DNA from: Pseudomonas phage E21
Reading direction: 5' to 3' (one strand)
Length of the DNA: 58,554 nucleotides
Sequence record: PV596763.1
Positions 34,864 through 45,323 of the stretch are shown piece by piece (the stretch's first letter is position 1; every line of letters starts with the position of its first letter). The translations under genes and the position numbers were made by a program. The notes under the pieces are model-generated. The model saw nothing but the letters and a program-made list of their open reading frames with translations, had not been told where the DNA came from and did not search any database.

Positions 34864-36519
34864 TCACTTAAATCCGAATGGTTTTTCCACTACATCAACC
34901 GGGGACAAGGGGTTAGTCATCTCCACAGTGTGAGCAACAGTCGAGTAGTTAGTACCCGTGGAAGCCGACAATGGTACCTCCCCGATTTCCTCACCGTTGA
35001 ATGTCGATACAATAGTACCGTCCGAGGCGTTAGCTCGTGCAACGGTTTGTAGCTGGACGGCTAAAACGGTGCCAGCGAAATCTGGCATAGAACTTCCATC
35101 TGTTTTGTACTCGTCCCGAATCTCCAACCGTCCCGGATAACTCAGCATCGATGCTAGGGGTGTTATCCCTCATAGGACTTCCCACAACACTAGCGTTCGA
35201 AGTGAAGCTACTAGGCCTTTTGAACGAGGTTTTTATGTCAGTATTAGGGCTTTCACCCCACACCCTAGTAGTTGGGCCGAATGAGTACGTCGCAGGTCGG
35301 CTTGAGGGTACGCCCCGAAAACGATATCGCTAATCATCATAGGGCCACATTCTTCCGTCATCGACGGGTAAAAATATTGCGCGGAGTTAGACCCGTCTCG
35401 ATAGTGGTTCATTTGAAATTAAACTGGAAAGCACTTATGAACGTTCTACCTATCCTATCCGTATCAGCTAAATTATCGGCGATACCCGTCCGTTAATATC
35501 CTCAATAAAGTTAGTTTGCGGAACACCGCTATAATTAGATACAGTGACACCATCGATGTGCCACGGAGCACATAGGACGGATTGTTGTAGGCCCCCCGTT
35601 TTTCATAAGTTTAATCTCGATATGGTAGTCTCTTTCCGGCTCAAACTTGAAGAAGTCTCCATCTAACCCGGGGGACGACGGAATTCGGCATATCCGAGCT
35701 ACACTCCATGCTACCCCCGCTCCTAAGCACACCCACGGAAAACTATTTATTTACGGGAGTATAACACTCCTCATAGTTAGGAGTAGAACCACTTAAGTTC
35801 ATAACTCTAGAACTCCCGAAGGTAATGTAGCTCGCGTAGAACCCGGGTACGATATACGGGATACCGTAGTTAATGCCACGCTGCTCGTCGGTAGAACCCT
35901 CAAACTCGGATATCCGACCGAAGCATACCACGCCAACTGGACGTCCTTTCTCTACCTCTGGAACCTTACGACAAAAAGATATAACTTGTTGTTGTCGGCC
36001 CTTCGATGCCGAATATCCGACGGTCTGGGTATTGTATCGTAAGCGAGAAGCTATTTACCGCGCCACCCCACGAGATGACGAATACTGGGAAAGGTAGAGG
36101 CCTTCCGGCCAGTACTTTTCCCGGGAAAACTAAATCTTTTCCGCCCCCCCGGCCTCGTGGGGCAAGGCACGATGGAAAGGACCGATGCGGTGATTAACAT
36201 TGCGGTCTGATTAGACATTCCGGAGGCATTAAAAGGAAGGCCGAACGGGTGTTCAGCCGACCACTTTGATTGCAATAACTGGTTTACTCCCCGTTGCCCG
36301 GAAAGAATACAGCATAACCCCAGAATTTCCCCCGTTTACTAGACCACGAGCGTCAACGGTAAGCAAAGGGGGATTTTCGGAAACGTCCTGATTACCGTTA
36401 GTCACATACATATCGTCCGGAATCCATGAAGCATCGTTATACCCCCCGTCCATTATGGGGTAGGTAGCTACGTCAAGATGTTGGAAAGATTCGGTGAATA
36501 TTACTTTAGGTATTGCCAC
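34864..36519 (-). pseudogene. fragmented fourth LamG-like paralog (at least 6 frame changes)
   Basis: N-terminal fragment (36519->36253) VIFTESFQHLD...GGYNDA matches paralog N-termini. Fragment 35732->35535 carries GDFFKFEPERDYHIEIKLMKNGG (LamG core). Fragment 35148->34864 ends KPFGFK like the paralog C-termini. C7 homopolymer at 36144-36150. Confidence 0.45.
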
Positions 36520-36528
36520 AATCGCCCC

Positions 36529-37545
36529 CTATCGAGTCACGATGCCGAACTGCAATGCTTCGACAGCGCCTTTATTCCAGTCGGTATTACCCGGAGTTTG
36601 TTCGTGGGTAACTTGGTAATATTTATAGTCTTCGGTCAACGGAACTTGGACTTCTTTCTCAGAACCGCCGTCCGTCTGGATCACCATACCGAGTTTACGG
36701 TCGTCCAAGTCCCCTTTACGGGCATACGCAATCACAGATACTCCGAAAACCTTATTGTTAGTCGGGAGTATCGTGTTAGACCGGAAAATGTCTTTAGCGC
36801 CAGACTTGTTAGACTGTAAATACGGTGCGTTAGGTCTTCCCGGCTCCAATTGGGAGGCGACTTGATAGTGGTTTTCGTTCGTACCATTAACGATCTCCCA
36901 TTCGGTCGTGATGTCCGAAGTAGGCGCGCGAGTAGCAACCTCAATCGGCCCTAGGCGGGAAGTGTTTACCGACCCCGAATCGTCCATGGCGTAAAAATCA
37001 TCTAGGTACTGGATACCCGCATTGGGGGCTGTGCCCACTTGACCCCATACCAGAACGAGTTTTTCAGGCCAAGAAGTAGTAAGGGTCGCCTCGATTTGCT
37101 TTTCGTTATTAACCCACACGGTTACTTTCTTCGCGGACTTATCGAGTTCAATCTCGAAGAAATACCACGCATTAAGTATCAGCGGGTTTACCCCTTTTTG
37201 GCCGTCAATTTCTAGCTTACCGTCTTCGCTGTTCCATTCCACGTCGACCAAGTTCTCAACCCGACATACTCGCATACGAGAACCATTGGCTTTCATCGCG
37301 AAACCAAAACACGCGTAGTTACCGGCCGGCGTGAATCCCCACGATAACGACGCATTGGTTGAGGAGTTACGTTCTACGGTAAATTTGAGGCTTTTAGCGC
37401 CGTCACGTCGACCTAAGTCAATCTGGAACGTATCGTCCGTAGCATTTCGGATATCATACCCGGCTGCTTTTAAGTACGGCTCGACTACGGAACCTTTTTT
37501 GCCGATATCTGCGTAGTGGTCGAAACCGTCTTGATGTTTTAACAT
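36529..37545 (-). CDS. LamG/ConA-like putative receptor-binding tail protein, paralog 1
   Basis: 338 aa. Shared blocks with the 327- and 306-aa neighbours: DGFD N-terminus, WYFFEIELDKSAKKVTVWVNN, RLGPIEVATRAPT, LGMVI, FGIV C-terminus. Confidence 0.5.
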   Translation of the reverse strand: MLKHQDGFDHYADIGKKGSVVEPYLKAAGYDIRNATDDTFQIDLGRRDGAKSLKFTVERNSSTNASLSWGFTPAGNYACFGFAMKANGSRMRVCRVENLVDVEWNSEDGKLEIDGQKGVNPLILNAWYFFEIELDKSAKKVTVWVNNEKQIEATLTTSWPEKLVLVWGQVGTAPNAGIQYLDDFYAMDDSGSVNTSRLGPIEVATRAPTSDITTEWEIVNGTNENHYQVASQLEPGRPNAPYLQSNKSGAKDIFRSNTILPTNNKVFGVSVIAYARKGDLDDRKLGMVIQTDGGSEKEVQVPLTEDYKYYQVTHEQTPGNTDWNKGAVEALQFGIVTR

Positions 37546-37557
37546 GTGGTGCCCCTT

Positions 37558-38541
37558 TTATGGTCTAATAACTACACCGAACGGAGTTTCAGGGATATTA
37601 TCGCGATCCCAATTAGCGCCGAGCGGAGAATTTTCGAATACAGCATAACTTATTTTGTCAGTCAAGGTAAGTTTTTCATCGACCTTTTCCAACTGTTTGT
37701 CTTTCTCTCCTACTACCAACCCGAGTTGTCTATTATCTACGTCAGATTTACGGTTGATCGCTGTGATACTCACGGCCAAAATGTCGCCTTTAGCGTCGAG
37801 CGGGATTTCACTTTTAAAAGTATCCATAGCACCGGAGACGTTAGACTGAATATATTCGTCCTCTTTCGGAGGTCGGTTACTAACAAGAGGCCAATGGTTA
37901 TCGCCTTTCGATGGCGACCATTCGCTCACCACGTCCACCGTCGGCATTCGGGTAAGTATTTCAATCGGGCCAACTCGGTCAACGTATTTGCCGGCTTGCG
38001 CATCGATAAAAACGATATCATCTAATTTTTTACCGCCAGAACCGCCCGGCCATTCGCATTTGTAGTCTGTCATGAAACGAACGCTATCCGGTAGTTGTCC
38101 AGCTAAGTCCGCCCCGTTATTAATAAAAACTTGGAAAGTATTTGTTTCTTTGTTGATGACGATCTCGAAATAGTACCAGATACCTAGGAGCAAGATTGCT
38201 TGACCCGTAACACCGGCCAAGGAGACTTTACCATTGTCGCGGTTCCAAGCGAGCACCCCAAAACCGGGAATACGGATAATATCGTCCCGCACTTTGTCCG
38301 CACAATACGCAAAACCGATAACCACGCGGTTAGTCTCTGAGTTAAAAAGTCGAGACAGTGTTGCCGGGCTTGCTGCGTTCTCGTTCACATCACCTAGGTA
38401 TAAGCATCGGGTTTCGGTATTGCGCCCCTCCGCAATACGGATCGGCGGTACTGCGTTGTATCCTGAGTTGTTGAGTAAATTTACCATCGTATCCGACGGC
38501 ATATCTTTTAGTTGGTCGAAACCGTCCATAAATTGCATCAT
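37558..38541 (-). CDS. LamG/ConA-like putative receptor-binding tail protein, paralog 2
   Basis: 327 aa. WYYFEIVINKETNTFQVFINN, RVGPIEILTRMPT, FGVVIRP. Confidence 0.5.
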   Translation of the reverse strand: MMQFMDGFDQLKDMPSDTMVNLLNNSGYNAVPPIRIAEGRNTETRCLYLGDVNENAASPATLSRLFNSETNRVVIGFAYCADKVRDDIIRIPGFGVLAWNRDNGKVSLAGVTGQAILLLGIWYYFEIVINKETNTFQVFINNGADLAGQLPDSVRFMTDYKCEWPGGSGGKKLDDIVFIDAQAGKYVDRVGPIEILTRMPTVDVVSEWSPSKGDNHWPLVSNRPPKEDEYIQSNVSGAMDTFKSEIPLDAKGDILAVSITAINRKSDVDNRQLGLVVGEKDKQLEKVDEKLTLTDKISYAVFENSPLGANWDRDNIPETPFGVVIRP

Positions 38542-38551
38542 AATTAAGCCC

Positions 38552-39472
38552 TTACGCTTTTAGAGTTATTCCGAAAGTTGAGTCCGGTATTACGTGCTCC
38601 GGGAGCACTCCAAGTTCTGAGTAACGATATTCCCAATCACGAGGTAACGTAGCTTCGTTTTTAACTAGCTCGTTTGTGAACACATCTACGCTTACTGGAT
38701 CTACGGTGGCTTTTCGGAGGAGTGTTATTACCGAAACACCTTTTACTTCTGTCTCCTCTGATAGCACGGTTTCCGAGGTGAAAGAATCCGTAGCACCATT
38801 CGTTCCCGTATAGATAAACCGGTCAACTAAGTTCGGTAGTGCGGGAGCTACGACCTCGTGGTGGGATTCCCCACCGGAAACACCCCAATCTTTCGATACG
38901 TCTTTCGTCGGAACGCGAGTAGTGACGGTGATAGGCCCGACTCTCGTAGTGTCGGCGTAATACAAGTCATCGAAGCGAATGTCCGCAAAATCCGACTCGT
39001 CGAAGTCCCGCAATGTTATTGTGAGCGTGCCTGCCGTCGCTACGCCATCTGGTATCGAGACCGTAATGTCTTTTTTACCATTGATATAGACGTCGGCCGT
39101 CTTTGCGTCTTTGTTTACTTCCACTTCCAGATAGTACCAGTTGTTACGCAATGGGATAACGTAGCCTGACTCCCCCTCGGACTGTAATAGCCCTGTGGTC
39201 TGGTCTACGCCAACTTTCAGCGTACTATCTCCGCCTGAGATGCCTACGAGATTTCCTCTCGTGGTCATATTGAACGCGAAACCTACGGTGAAGTTGCCGG
39301 TGTCCGATGGGAAATCTCGGGATATTCGACCTCGGCCTAGTAGGACGCTTGCGCCGTTCTTACGTCCTGCGCCGAAGCCGAAAGACCCCGAAACGGTATA
39401 CCCGGCTCTACGCATGAAAGCCGGGGAATCCCCATCGAAGGCGAACTGTTCGAACCCCTCGAAGAAAAACAT
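38552..39472 (-). CDS. LamG/ConA-like putative receptor-binding tail protein, paralog 3
   Basis: 306 aa. WYYLEVEVNKDAKTADVYINGKKD, RVGPITVTTRVPT, FGITLKA. Confidence 0.5.
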   Translation of the reverse strand: MFFFEGFEQFAFDGDSPAFMRRAGYTVSGSFGFGAGRKNGASVLLGRGRISRDFPSDTGNFTVGFAFNMTTRGNLVGISGGDSTLKVGVDQTTGLLQSEGESGYVIPLRNNWYYLEVEVNKDAKTADVYINGKKDITVSIPDGVATAGTLTITLRDFDESDFADIRFDDLYYADTTRVGPITVTTRVPTKDVSKDWGVSGGESHHEVVAPALPNLVDRFIYTGTNGATDSFTSETVLSEETEVKGVSVITLLRKATVDPVSVDVFTNELVKNEATLPRDWEYRYSELGVLPEHVIPDSTFGITLKA

Positions 39473-40215
39473 TAAGCCCCCTGAATCATTAATCTAATAA
39501 TAAAGCCGAAGTTAACGGCCGAGTCGATTGTATCAACCGGAGCTAAGATTGTCAGCCTGTCACCTTTGAAAAATCTCACGGCAACGCTACCAGACGTCAC
39601 GAAAGTGGCGCTATATTGCCCCCGATCGACAGTGAATGTGCCGACAGTTTGGTTATTTCTCTGCACAGTGAACTTAGCTTTATCGAGAAAAGCACTACGG
39701 GCGTCGAATTGTGATTGCGCCATGTTAGCCGGTAGATACATGTTGTCGATGATCGGCAAGTGTACGAGCACTTCTGATGGATACATCTTCTCGGATATTG
39801 TCGCAGATACATCGAACGCCATAGGAACAACATCAGGAGATGGGTTAGGGTCGATAGGGTCAACCCCGGTATTCTCGATGCGCCACGTCTCCCCGTCCCA
39901 CCAGATAAACTCATTGGTCGGGTCTAAGAAAGCCCTCCAACCACGTTTGGGTTCGATGAATTGCCACACGCCTTCGATCAACACGGCTAATTTTCGTTCT
40001 TGACCCACCCAAGGGCCGGTCGGGTTTTTATATATAAAATAGGTGTCGCCGTTTTTAGCGTCAGCCGGTGGCGCACTAAACGTGATAGATTGTAGGCGTA
40101 GAAACGTAACAGTATCTAAGGTGGTTAGCGTCTCGTTCATTGGGCCACCCCAAAAATCCTCGCCTCTCACCCAACCATAGGAAAGCCCCATGTTAGGGGC
40201 AATTTTCATTGGCAT
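39472..40215 (-). CDS. tail tip-associated protein (unknown)
   Basis: 247 aa, immediately downstream of the J-like gene. Starts overlap (ATGA-type). Confidence 0.4.
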   Translation of the reverse strand: MPMKIAPNMGLSYGWVRGEDFWGGPMNETLTTLDTVTFLRLQSITFSAPPADAKNGDTYFIYKNPTGPWVGQERKLAVLIEGVWQFIEPKRGWRAFLDPTNEFIWWDGETWRIENTGVDPIDPNPSPDVVPMAFDVSATISEKMYPSEVLVHLPIIDNMYLPANMAQSQFDARSAFLDKAKFTVQRNNQTVGTFTVDRGQYSATFVTSGSVAVRFFKGDRLTILAPVDTIDSAVNFGFIIRLMIQGA

Positions 40216-43200
40216 TATTCAGTATCCTCTTTAACGTCTTGGTCTGGTAGTCGTTCCGCCCAATCATGATCCCACTTGTTTGACCAACCGGCAACAACCA
40301 ACGGTGGCGGAGGCTCAACCGGATCAGGGTCAGGGTTGCCCGGATTAGGCTCAGGGTCAGGGTTGCCCGGGTCGGGGTCGGGGTTCGGTCTATCAGGCTG
40401 ACCCGGATCTGGATTACCGGGGTTCGTACCACCGCCCGTTTCGCCACCGCCAGTTTCGCCACCGCCAGTTCCCGGGTCAGGTCTTCCCGGATTGGGGTCA
40501 ACATCTCGCTTGGCCGGAATTGAGGGTACTTTACACTGAGTATTATATCCTTGCCAGCTACTAAGCTCGTTTTCATCGACAGCGGATACCGTGATCGAAA
40601 CATAGACGTAGCCGGTGGATTCCGTCAATATCCCTACTCGTCTACCGAACGCGTGTAAGTCTTCGGCCTTGATCGTCATTCCTGCGTCGCGAGTATAATA
40701 CGACCCCATGGTGATAGTAACTGTGCGATTGCTGTATCTAGGAGTATATCGTTTCCCGATCCACACTCGATACATTACGTCGCTTGGCCGTTGTTGCCCA
40801 ACATCAAGATGGTCTAACACGGTTTCACCTTGTCGAACTCGGTTACGGTGCGCCCATGTCATCACTAAGTCTTTGCCTTGCGGGTCATAGTAGTCAAAGT
40901 TATCGGCCAGTGCGTCCCACCCTTTGAAAAAGTGCTCACCGTTGCCGAGCAAGAACCCCGGTGGGTATGGTCTATCCGCGCGTAGTTTCACTTCCAGTTG
41001 TTTGTTTACCACGTCTTTAGGCTGGATTTCTGCTGCGAGAGAATGGGGCCTTACGGCAACTACGCAAGTCTGGCCTTCGTGATATTTACGTTGCCCGGAA
41101 GCTATTTGTTTGTCGACGAACCACACAACTTGACCTTTCCCATGAAGTGCGGGGATAGTATCAACACAACCACGGCCAACCGTAATACGTTTACCATCGA
41201 TGCCCCGGATCACCATCGCTTCGGCTCCGACGAAAATCACGTCGCCCGGCATCGCGTCCTCAGTAGGAACCCCGTCAGAATCCGACGTAGCGTCGAGGAT
41301 TATCTCATTATCAAGATATGAGATTGCCTTAGATAGAATTCCCCACGGCGTCCACGGTTGCGCCCCTTGGTTCACGTACTCTGTATCGTTCTTCTCTTTC
41401 TCGAATAAATCGTACCCGTCGGTTACACGGTCTGACGGTCTAGCTACCGTAGCGAAGAATTGTGAGGCGGACGGTTCGAACCCATGGCGTAGCAACATTA
41501 AGTAAGGGAACTCAAACAGTTGGCTATCTACGATAGGAACTAATTTTCCTTGTTGAGAAACCGGTTGTCGCACATAACTAACATTCACGCCATCAGGTAG
41601 TCCACCGCCACCGGACGATAATTCTTCGCTCTCCTGTGCTACGGATTGGTTGACAAAACTAACCATGGCTTTTGCGTCTACGGTAGTCTCACCGTCTTTA
41701 TCTTCCGGGTCGATTTTATCGGATACCTGAGCGACAGATTGGTTTAAGAAACTAACATACGCCATTTGAGGTGGCTTCTTGAAAACGGTGATCGGAATTA
41801 AGTAGTTTTGCCACGATTCGAACCCGTCGCGCATCGATTCCAATCGCAAGTATCCAGCAACCGGATCTATGGCGGACGCTTCCACGTTTAAATCTAGGCT
41901 CGCTTGGCCGTAAGTGTAGACAAACTGTGTGCCGGTAATCCCGTTTTCTCTGCGGATTACTTCACCCTTAGCGTTTAGGATACTAATTCGGTATGTCGTT
42001 CCCGGCTCCGGCCCGATACTATCTTGCTCATGATAAATCGGCTTGTCTTGTTGCATCGGTCTATCTCGGTGCGCCCACGTTATCGTCAAGGCGTCAGGCA
42101 CTTCGGCCTCTCCGACGTCCGCTCGTAAAACATGGCCATTAAACCAAGGTTTCGGTTCCGTGCTTTCCACTGAGGTGAGTTCTACTTTACCCGGAGCGTA
42201 TGGTCGGTAGAATCGGTAATTGAAAGTCAGTTCATCTTCGGACACGTTAGACTCGTCGAGAACCCCACCCGATAGCGTCCATGGGAGTATCTTCACCGAT
42301 AAGGTTTCTCCCGCTTGTCGGGTTGTCAGGTCAAGCCCGCCACCTTGAACCATATCCCACACGACAGAACCTGCGGGGTGTTGGTGTGGTACGGTGTCAT
42401 ACACGCCTCGACGTATTTCGACTAACCCGTCCTCCTCGATAGACTGGATCATGATTATTTCTTGGTTGACGTAAAAAACGTCCCCGACTTCAATCAAGTC
42501 TTCATCTACCGGGTCTTTCATTCGGATATAGCGGTCTAAATATCCAAGGTCAACCGGTAATTCAAATAGCGCCGTGAAGTCCCCCGCACCCGTTTTCTCA
42601 TACTTTCCGGTGGCCGGGTTTTGGACGTGCATCTCGAACGCCATCGTTACCGGTGAACCTTTTTCCGCCTGTGCCCGTAAATACCCGAAAGACGGCTTGA
42701 TGGCCTCAAACTCTCCTAGTGGGAATAGGGACGACAATTCTGCGTATGTCGCCTCATAAACTAAACGTCTGGCCGGAACCGGGTTTAGGTTCGGTTTAGG
42801 GAAAGACGGATCTTGAACCCCCGTAAACGTGTTCAGGTCGAACGAGAACGTGTCTTGTACGCAAGATAAACGTATCTGACCATCGGATTGTTTACTCTCC
42901 TCTGTGTCCGCTACACGAACGATTACGCTCTCAAGTCCGCGTGTCTTTGGGTCGGAAATCTTCAAAACGTCTCCCGGTTGTACTCGCCATGCTCGACGGT
43001 CACAAACTAGGGTGAACCGGCGGACGTTAGTAGACGCAACACGTAAGTCTCTTTCTGCTATGATTGTGGCCAGTTTTGCGGTTGGCACCCCCTCATACGT
43101 GAATGTGTCGCTTTTGATGGCGCCGGAAGTCTGAATCAGGGCTAGGTTCTGTGCTCGAACTTGACTCTCTTTACCGACGATCGGGTTGAACCATTTAACG

Positions 43201-44036
43201 ACACACTCATTCATCAGACCATGGATTGCGCCGTTAGTCGCTTCCTCGATTTGTAGTAACCCGCTCTCAAAACCGTACACCGGCAAGTTATCCGCATCGT
43301 AGTCATTACGAAGTAACTTGAGTTTGAAAGTACCGGTAAACTTATCGACGTATAACACGCCTGAAATGTGGTTAAGTATATTCTGGATAAAAGACTCTAG
43401 GGTGTCTTGGCGTCTCCACGCAATACAGATCCCGAACCCCTCCTCGAACAACGTATCGGCCACCTTTCGGAACTCCGAGTCTAACAGTAGGTCACGAGAG
43501 ATACCTCGGCCCCAATCTCGGTTTGTCATACACTCGTAAATAACGTGAGCGGGGTTCATCGCCTTGATGGGATACTCTTTCCCCTCGTCATCGTGGCCGG
43601 TAAGTTCTATGACCGCTTTTTCCGGATACCACACCCCACCGTCCCAACCTTTTAAGATGCGACGTATTTTAAATCGCCACGCTTTCGGGTATGGGTTCAT
43701 GGCCGACACTAAACCATCGAAATAGCCGGTAGCTACTCCGCGAAACTCCGGTTGGCTCCCACCGCCCAACATGGATTTAAGTTTGTCGCTAACGACCTGA
43801 TCCTTATCGCCCATGTAGAGTTCGAAACCACCCTCAATGCCTCCCTCTGCTTTCTTACCCCCGAAAAGATTTTCAGCCCGTATCCGAAAGAACGAGGACT
43901 CTTTAACGGAACCACGCCAAGCGGTTCTTCCGCCGACCTCGATTTCCATCAATTCATCAATAGGGCCACGGCCGATCCCCATGTGTAGCCCCATATAGTA
44001 GGAGTAGCCGGCCGTCGCCTTTTTAAATTTACCCAC
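40215..44036 (-). CDS. central tail fibre / host specificity protein, lambda gpJ / GTA g15-like
   Basis: 1273 aa. Position after the hub proteins. C-terminal G/P/D/N-rich repeats (GGGETGGGETGGG, NPDPDPGNPDPEPNPGNPDPDP). Confidence 0.65.
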   Translation of the reverse strand: MGKFKKATAGYSYYMGLHMGIGRGPIDELMEIEVGGRTAWRGSVKESSFFRIRAENLFGGKKAEGGIEGGFELYMGDKDQVVSDKLKSMLGGGSQPEFRGVATGYFDGLVSAMNPYPKAWRFKIRRILKGWDGGVWYPEKAVIELTGHDDEGKEYPIKAMNPAHVIYECMTNRDWGRGISRDLLLDSEFRKVADTLFEEGFGICIAWRRQDTLESFIQNILNHISGVLYVDKFTGTFKLKLLRNDYDADNLPVYGFESGLLQIEEATNGAIHGLMNECVVKWFNPIVGKESQVRAQNLALIQTSGAIKSDTFTYEGVPTAKLATIIAERDLRVASTNVRRFTLVCDRRAWRVQPGDVLKISDPKTRGLESVIVRVADTEESKQSDGQIRLSCVQDTFSFDLNTFTGVQDPSFPKPNLNPVPARRLVYEATYAELSSLFPLGEFEAIKPSFGYLRAQAEKGSPVTMAFEMHVQNPATGKYEKTGAGDFTALFELPVDLGYLDRYIRMKDPVDEDLIEVGDVFYVNQEIIMIQSIEEDGLVEIRRGVYDTVPHQHPAGSVVWDMVQGGGLDLTTRQAGETLSVKILPWTLSGGVLDESNVSEDELTFNYRFYRPYAPGKVELTSVESTEPKPWFNGHVLRADVGEAEVPDALTITWAHRDRPMQQDKPIYHEQDSIGPEPGTTYRISILNAKGEVIRRENGITGTQFVYTYGQASLDLNVEASAIDPVAGYLRLESMRDGFESWQNYLIPITVFKKPPQMAYVSFLNQSVAQVSDKIDPEDKDGETTVDAKAMVSFVNQSVAQESEELSSGGGGLPDGVNVSYVRQPVSQQGKLVPIVDSQLFEFPYLMLLRHGFEPSASQFFATVARPSDRVTDGYDLFEKEKNDTEYVNQGAQPWTPWGILSKAISYLDNEIILDATSDSDGVPTEDAMPGDVIFVGAEAMVIRGIDGKRITVGRGCVDTIPALHGKGQVVWFVDKQIASGQRKYHEGQTCVVAVRPHSLAAEIQPKDVVNKQLEVKLRADRPYPPGFLLGNGEHFFKGWDALADNFDYYDPQGKDLVMTWAHRNRVRQGETVLDHLDVGQQRPSDVMYRVWIGKRYTPRYSNRTVTITMGSYYTRDAGMTIKAEDLHAFGRRVGILTESTGYVYVSITVSAVDENELSSWQGYNTQCKVPSIPAKRDVDPNPGRPDPGTGGGETGGGETGGGTNPGNPDPGQPDRPNPDPDPGNPDPEPNPGNPDPDPVEPPPPLVVAGWSNKWDHDWAERLPDQDVKEDTE

Positions 44037-44238
44037 GTTTTACCTCACTATCAGCGAGTGCGATTTCTACCACACGTCGTATCATCGGGTTTGTGTTGTT
44101 AGCCAGTTGCGGGGTGATCAGCAACCCGTTCTGTAAAAAGTCTCTTTCGTCAACACCGATCCGCTCTAATACCCGGCCTACGCCGTTAGCACAATATCCG
44201 GCTTGGCGAACATGTTTGATGTAAATTCTTTTTTCCAT
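44029..44238 (-). CDS. hypothetical small tail-module protein
   Basis: 69 aa ORF. Confidence 0.35.
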   Translation of the reverse strand: MEKRIYIKHVRQAGYCANGVGRVLERIGVDERDFLQNGLLITPQLANNTNPMIRRVVEIALADSEVKRG

Positions 44239-44474
44239 TATTTTTTAGCCTGACTTGCTTTGATTTTTGAAGTTCTCATATCGCCGTAACCTAACACCTG
44301 CCAATCTCCTGTCCAGCACTCCCCGAAATATACGGTTTGCGGTGTGCCGTCTTCAATCTGAGGTATGTTAGAGTCATCAAACGTCGGCGGTTTTGCCGAA
44401 GCCGGTTTCGGTGTTAACGCAATTGAGATCAGCAAACTTGCGACCATGGCTGCTAAAGCCCATTCGATACCCAT
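44238..44474 (-). CDS. small membrane-anchored tail-module protein
   Basis: 78 aa with an N-terminal TM. Confidence 0.35.
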   Translation of the reverse strand: MGIEWALAAMVASLLISIALTPKPASAKPPTFDDSNIPQIEDGTPQTVYFGECWTGDWQVLGYGDMRTSKIKASQAKK

Positions 44475-44486
44475 AATTTATACTCC

Positions 44487-45302
44487 TTAGTAAACCGGAT
44501 TTCCGTCAAACGGAGAACGCCCCGGCATTGATGGTATTCCGCCAAAATTAGCGAGGTTATTAAACTTATCTCGGCAAGATGCCACGGTTCGAGGACAGCC
44601 GGGAAAGACCTTTATGATCATTCCGCCGGTAATTCCGCCCACGGTTCCGAAAATTTCTATTGAGTCGTAGCTGTGTGCCTGAATTGCGCGTCTCTCCACC
44701 CCGCGGAGTTTATCTACCCATTCGATGTATCCGCCGGCGAAATAGGATTCCCCGTAAGGTGCTAAATCCTTAGACATGATATTGTTTGACCCAACACTTT
44801 GTATCGTAGCTTCTACCATAAACTCCGCCGGATTTACGCCGCACGACGAATTGTATAGCGCATGGGGGCATGACCGTGACCACGCTAAACGTAAACCGTT
44901 TTGCTCCATTGATGCGGAAAGCGTGTTACACGTTATCTTAGCTGCGGCAGCATTAGCCGTATCAAGTTGTAGAACTTCTCCGACGTAACAGACGGCTGCT
45001 TCGGTATCGCCACGGTGGAACCTGCGGATCTTTAACGTTACTGCATTGATAGGGGGTGTGCCCCGGAACAAATCGACTATTACCGCCGACTGAGGCATTA
45101 AGATGGTTAGGCTATCCGATTGGGCGTCACTTGTTTGGCGAATCCCGTCATCTTCCATGGGGGTGCCAAGCCAAGTTTGCCCTAACATCTGGATATCTTT
45201 TTTAGCGGAAGTGTATCGCCAATAATTGTCGTTCAGCCGAAACTCATATAAGTAAATCGGCTGACCGTCATCAGTGGATATTTCTAGTTGATTATATGCC
45301 AT
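44487..45302 (-). CDS. tail tip/hub protein (DUF2163/BR0599-like, tentative)
   Basis: 271 aa. C-terminal Cys pair FPGCPRTVASCRD reminiscent of the BR0599 family (memory). Position equals GTA g13. Confidence 0.4.
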   Translation of the reverse strand: MAYNQLEISTDDGQPIYLYEFRLNDNYWRYTSAKKDIQMLGQTWLGTPMEDDGIRQTSDAQSDSLTILMPQSAVIVDLFRGTPPINAVTLKIRRFHRGDTEAAVCYVGEVLQLDTANAAAAKITCNTLSASMEQNGLRLAWSRSCPHALYNSSCGVNPAEFMVEATIQSVGSNNIMSKDLAPYGESYFAGGYIEWVDKLRGVERRAIQAHSYDSIEIFGTVGGITGGMIIKVFPGCPRTVASCRDKFNNLANFGGIPSMPGRSPFDGNPVY

Positions 45303-45323
45303 TATAACCCCTTTTTGTCGGGG

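Noticed and set aside
40193-40603. 136-aa minus ORF overlapping the 3' end of the J-like gene
   Set aside because: Alternative frame within the G/P-rich repeat region of the 1273-aa gene. No independent start signals.
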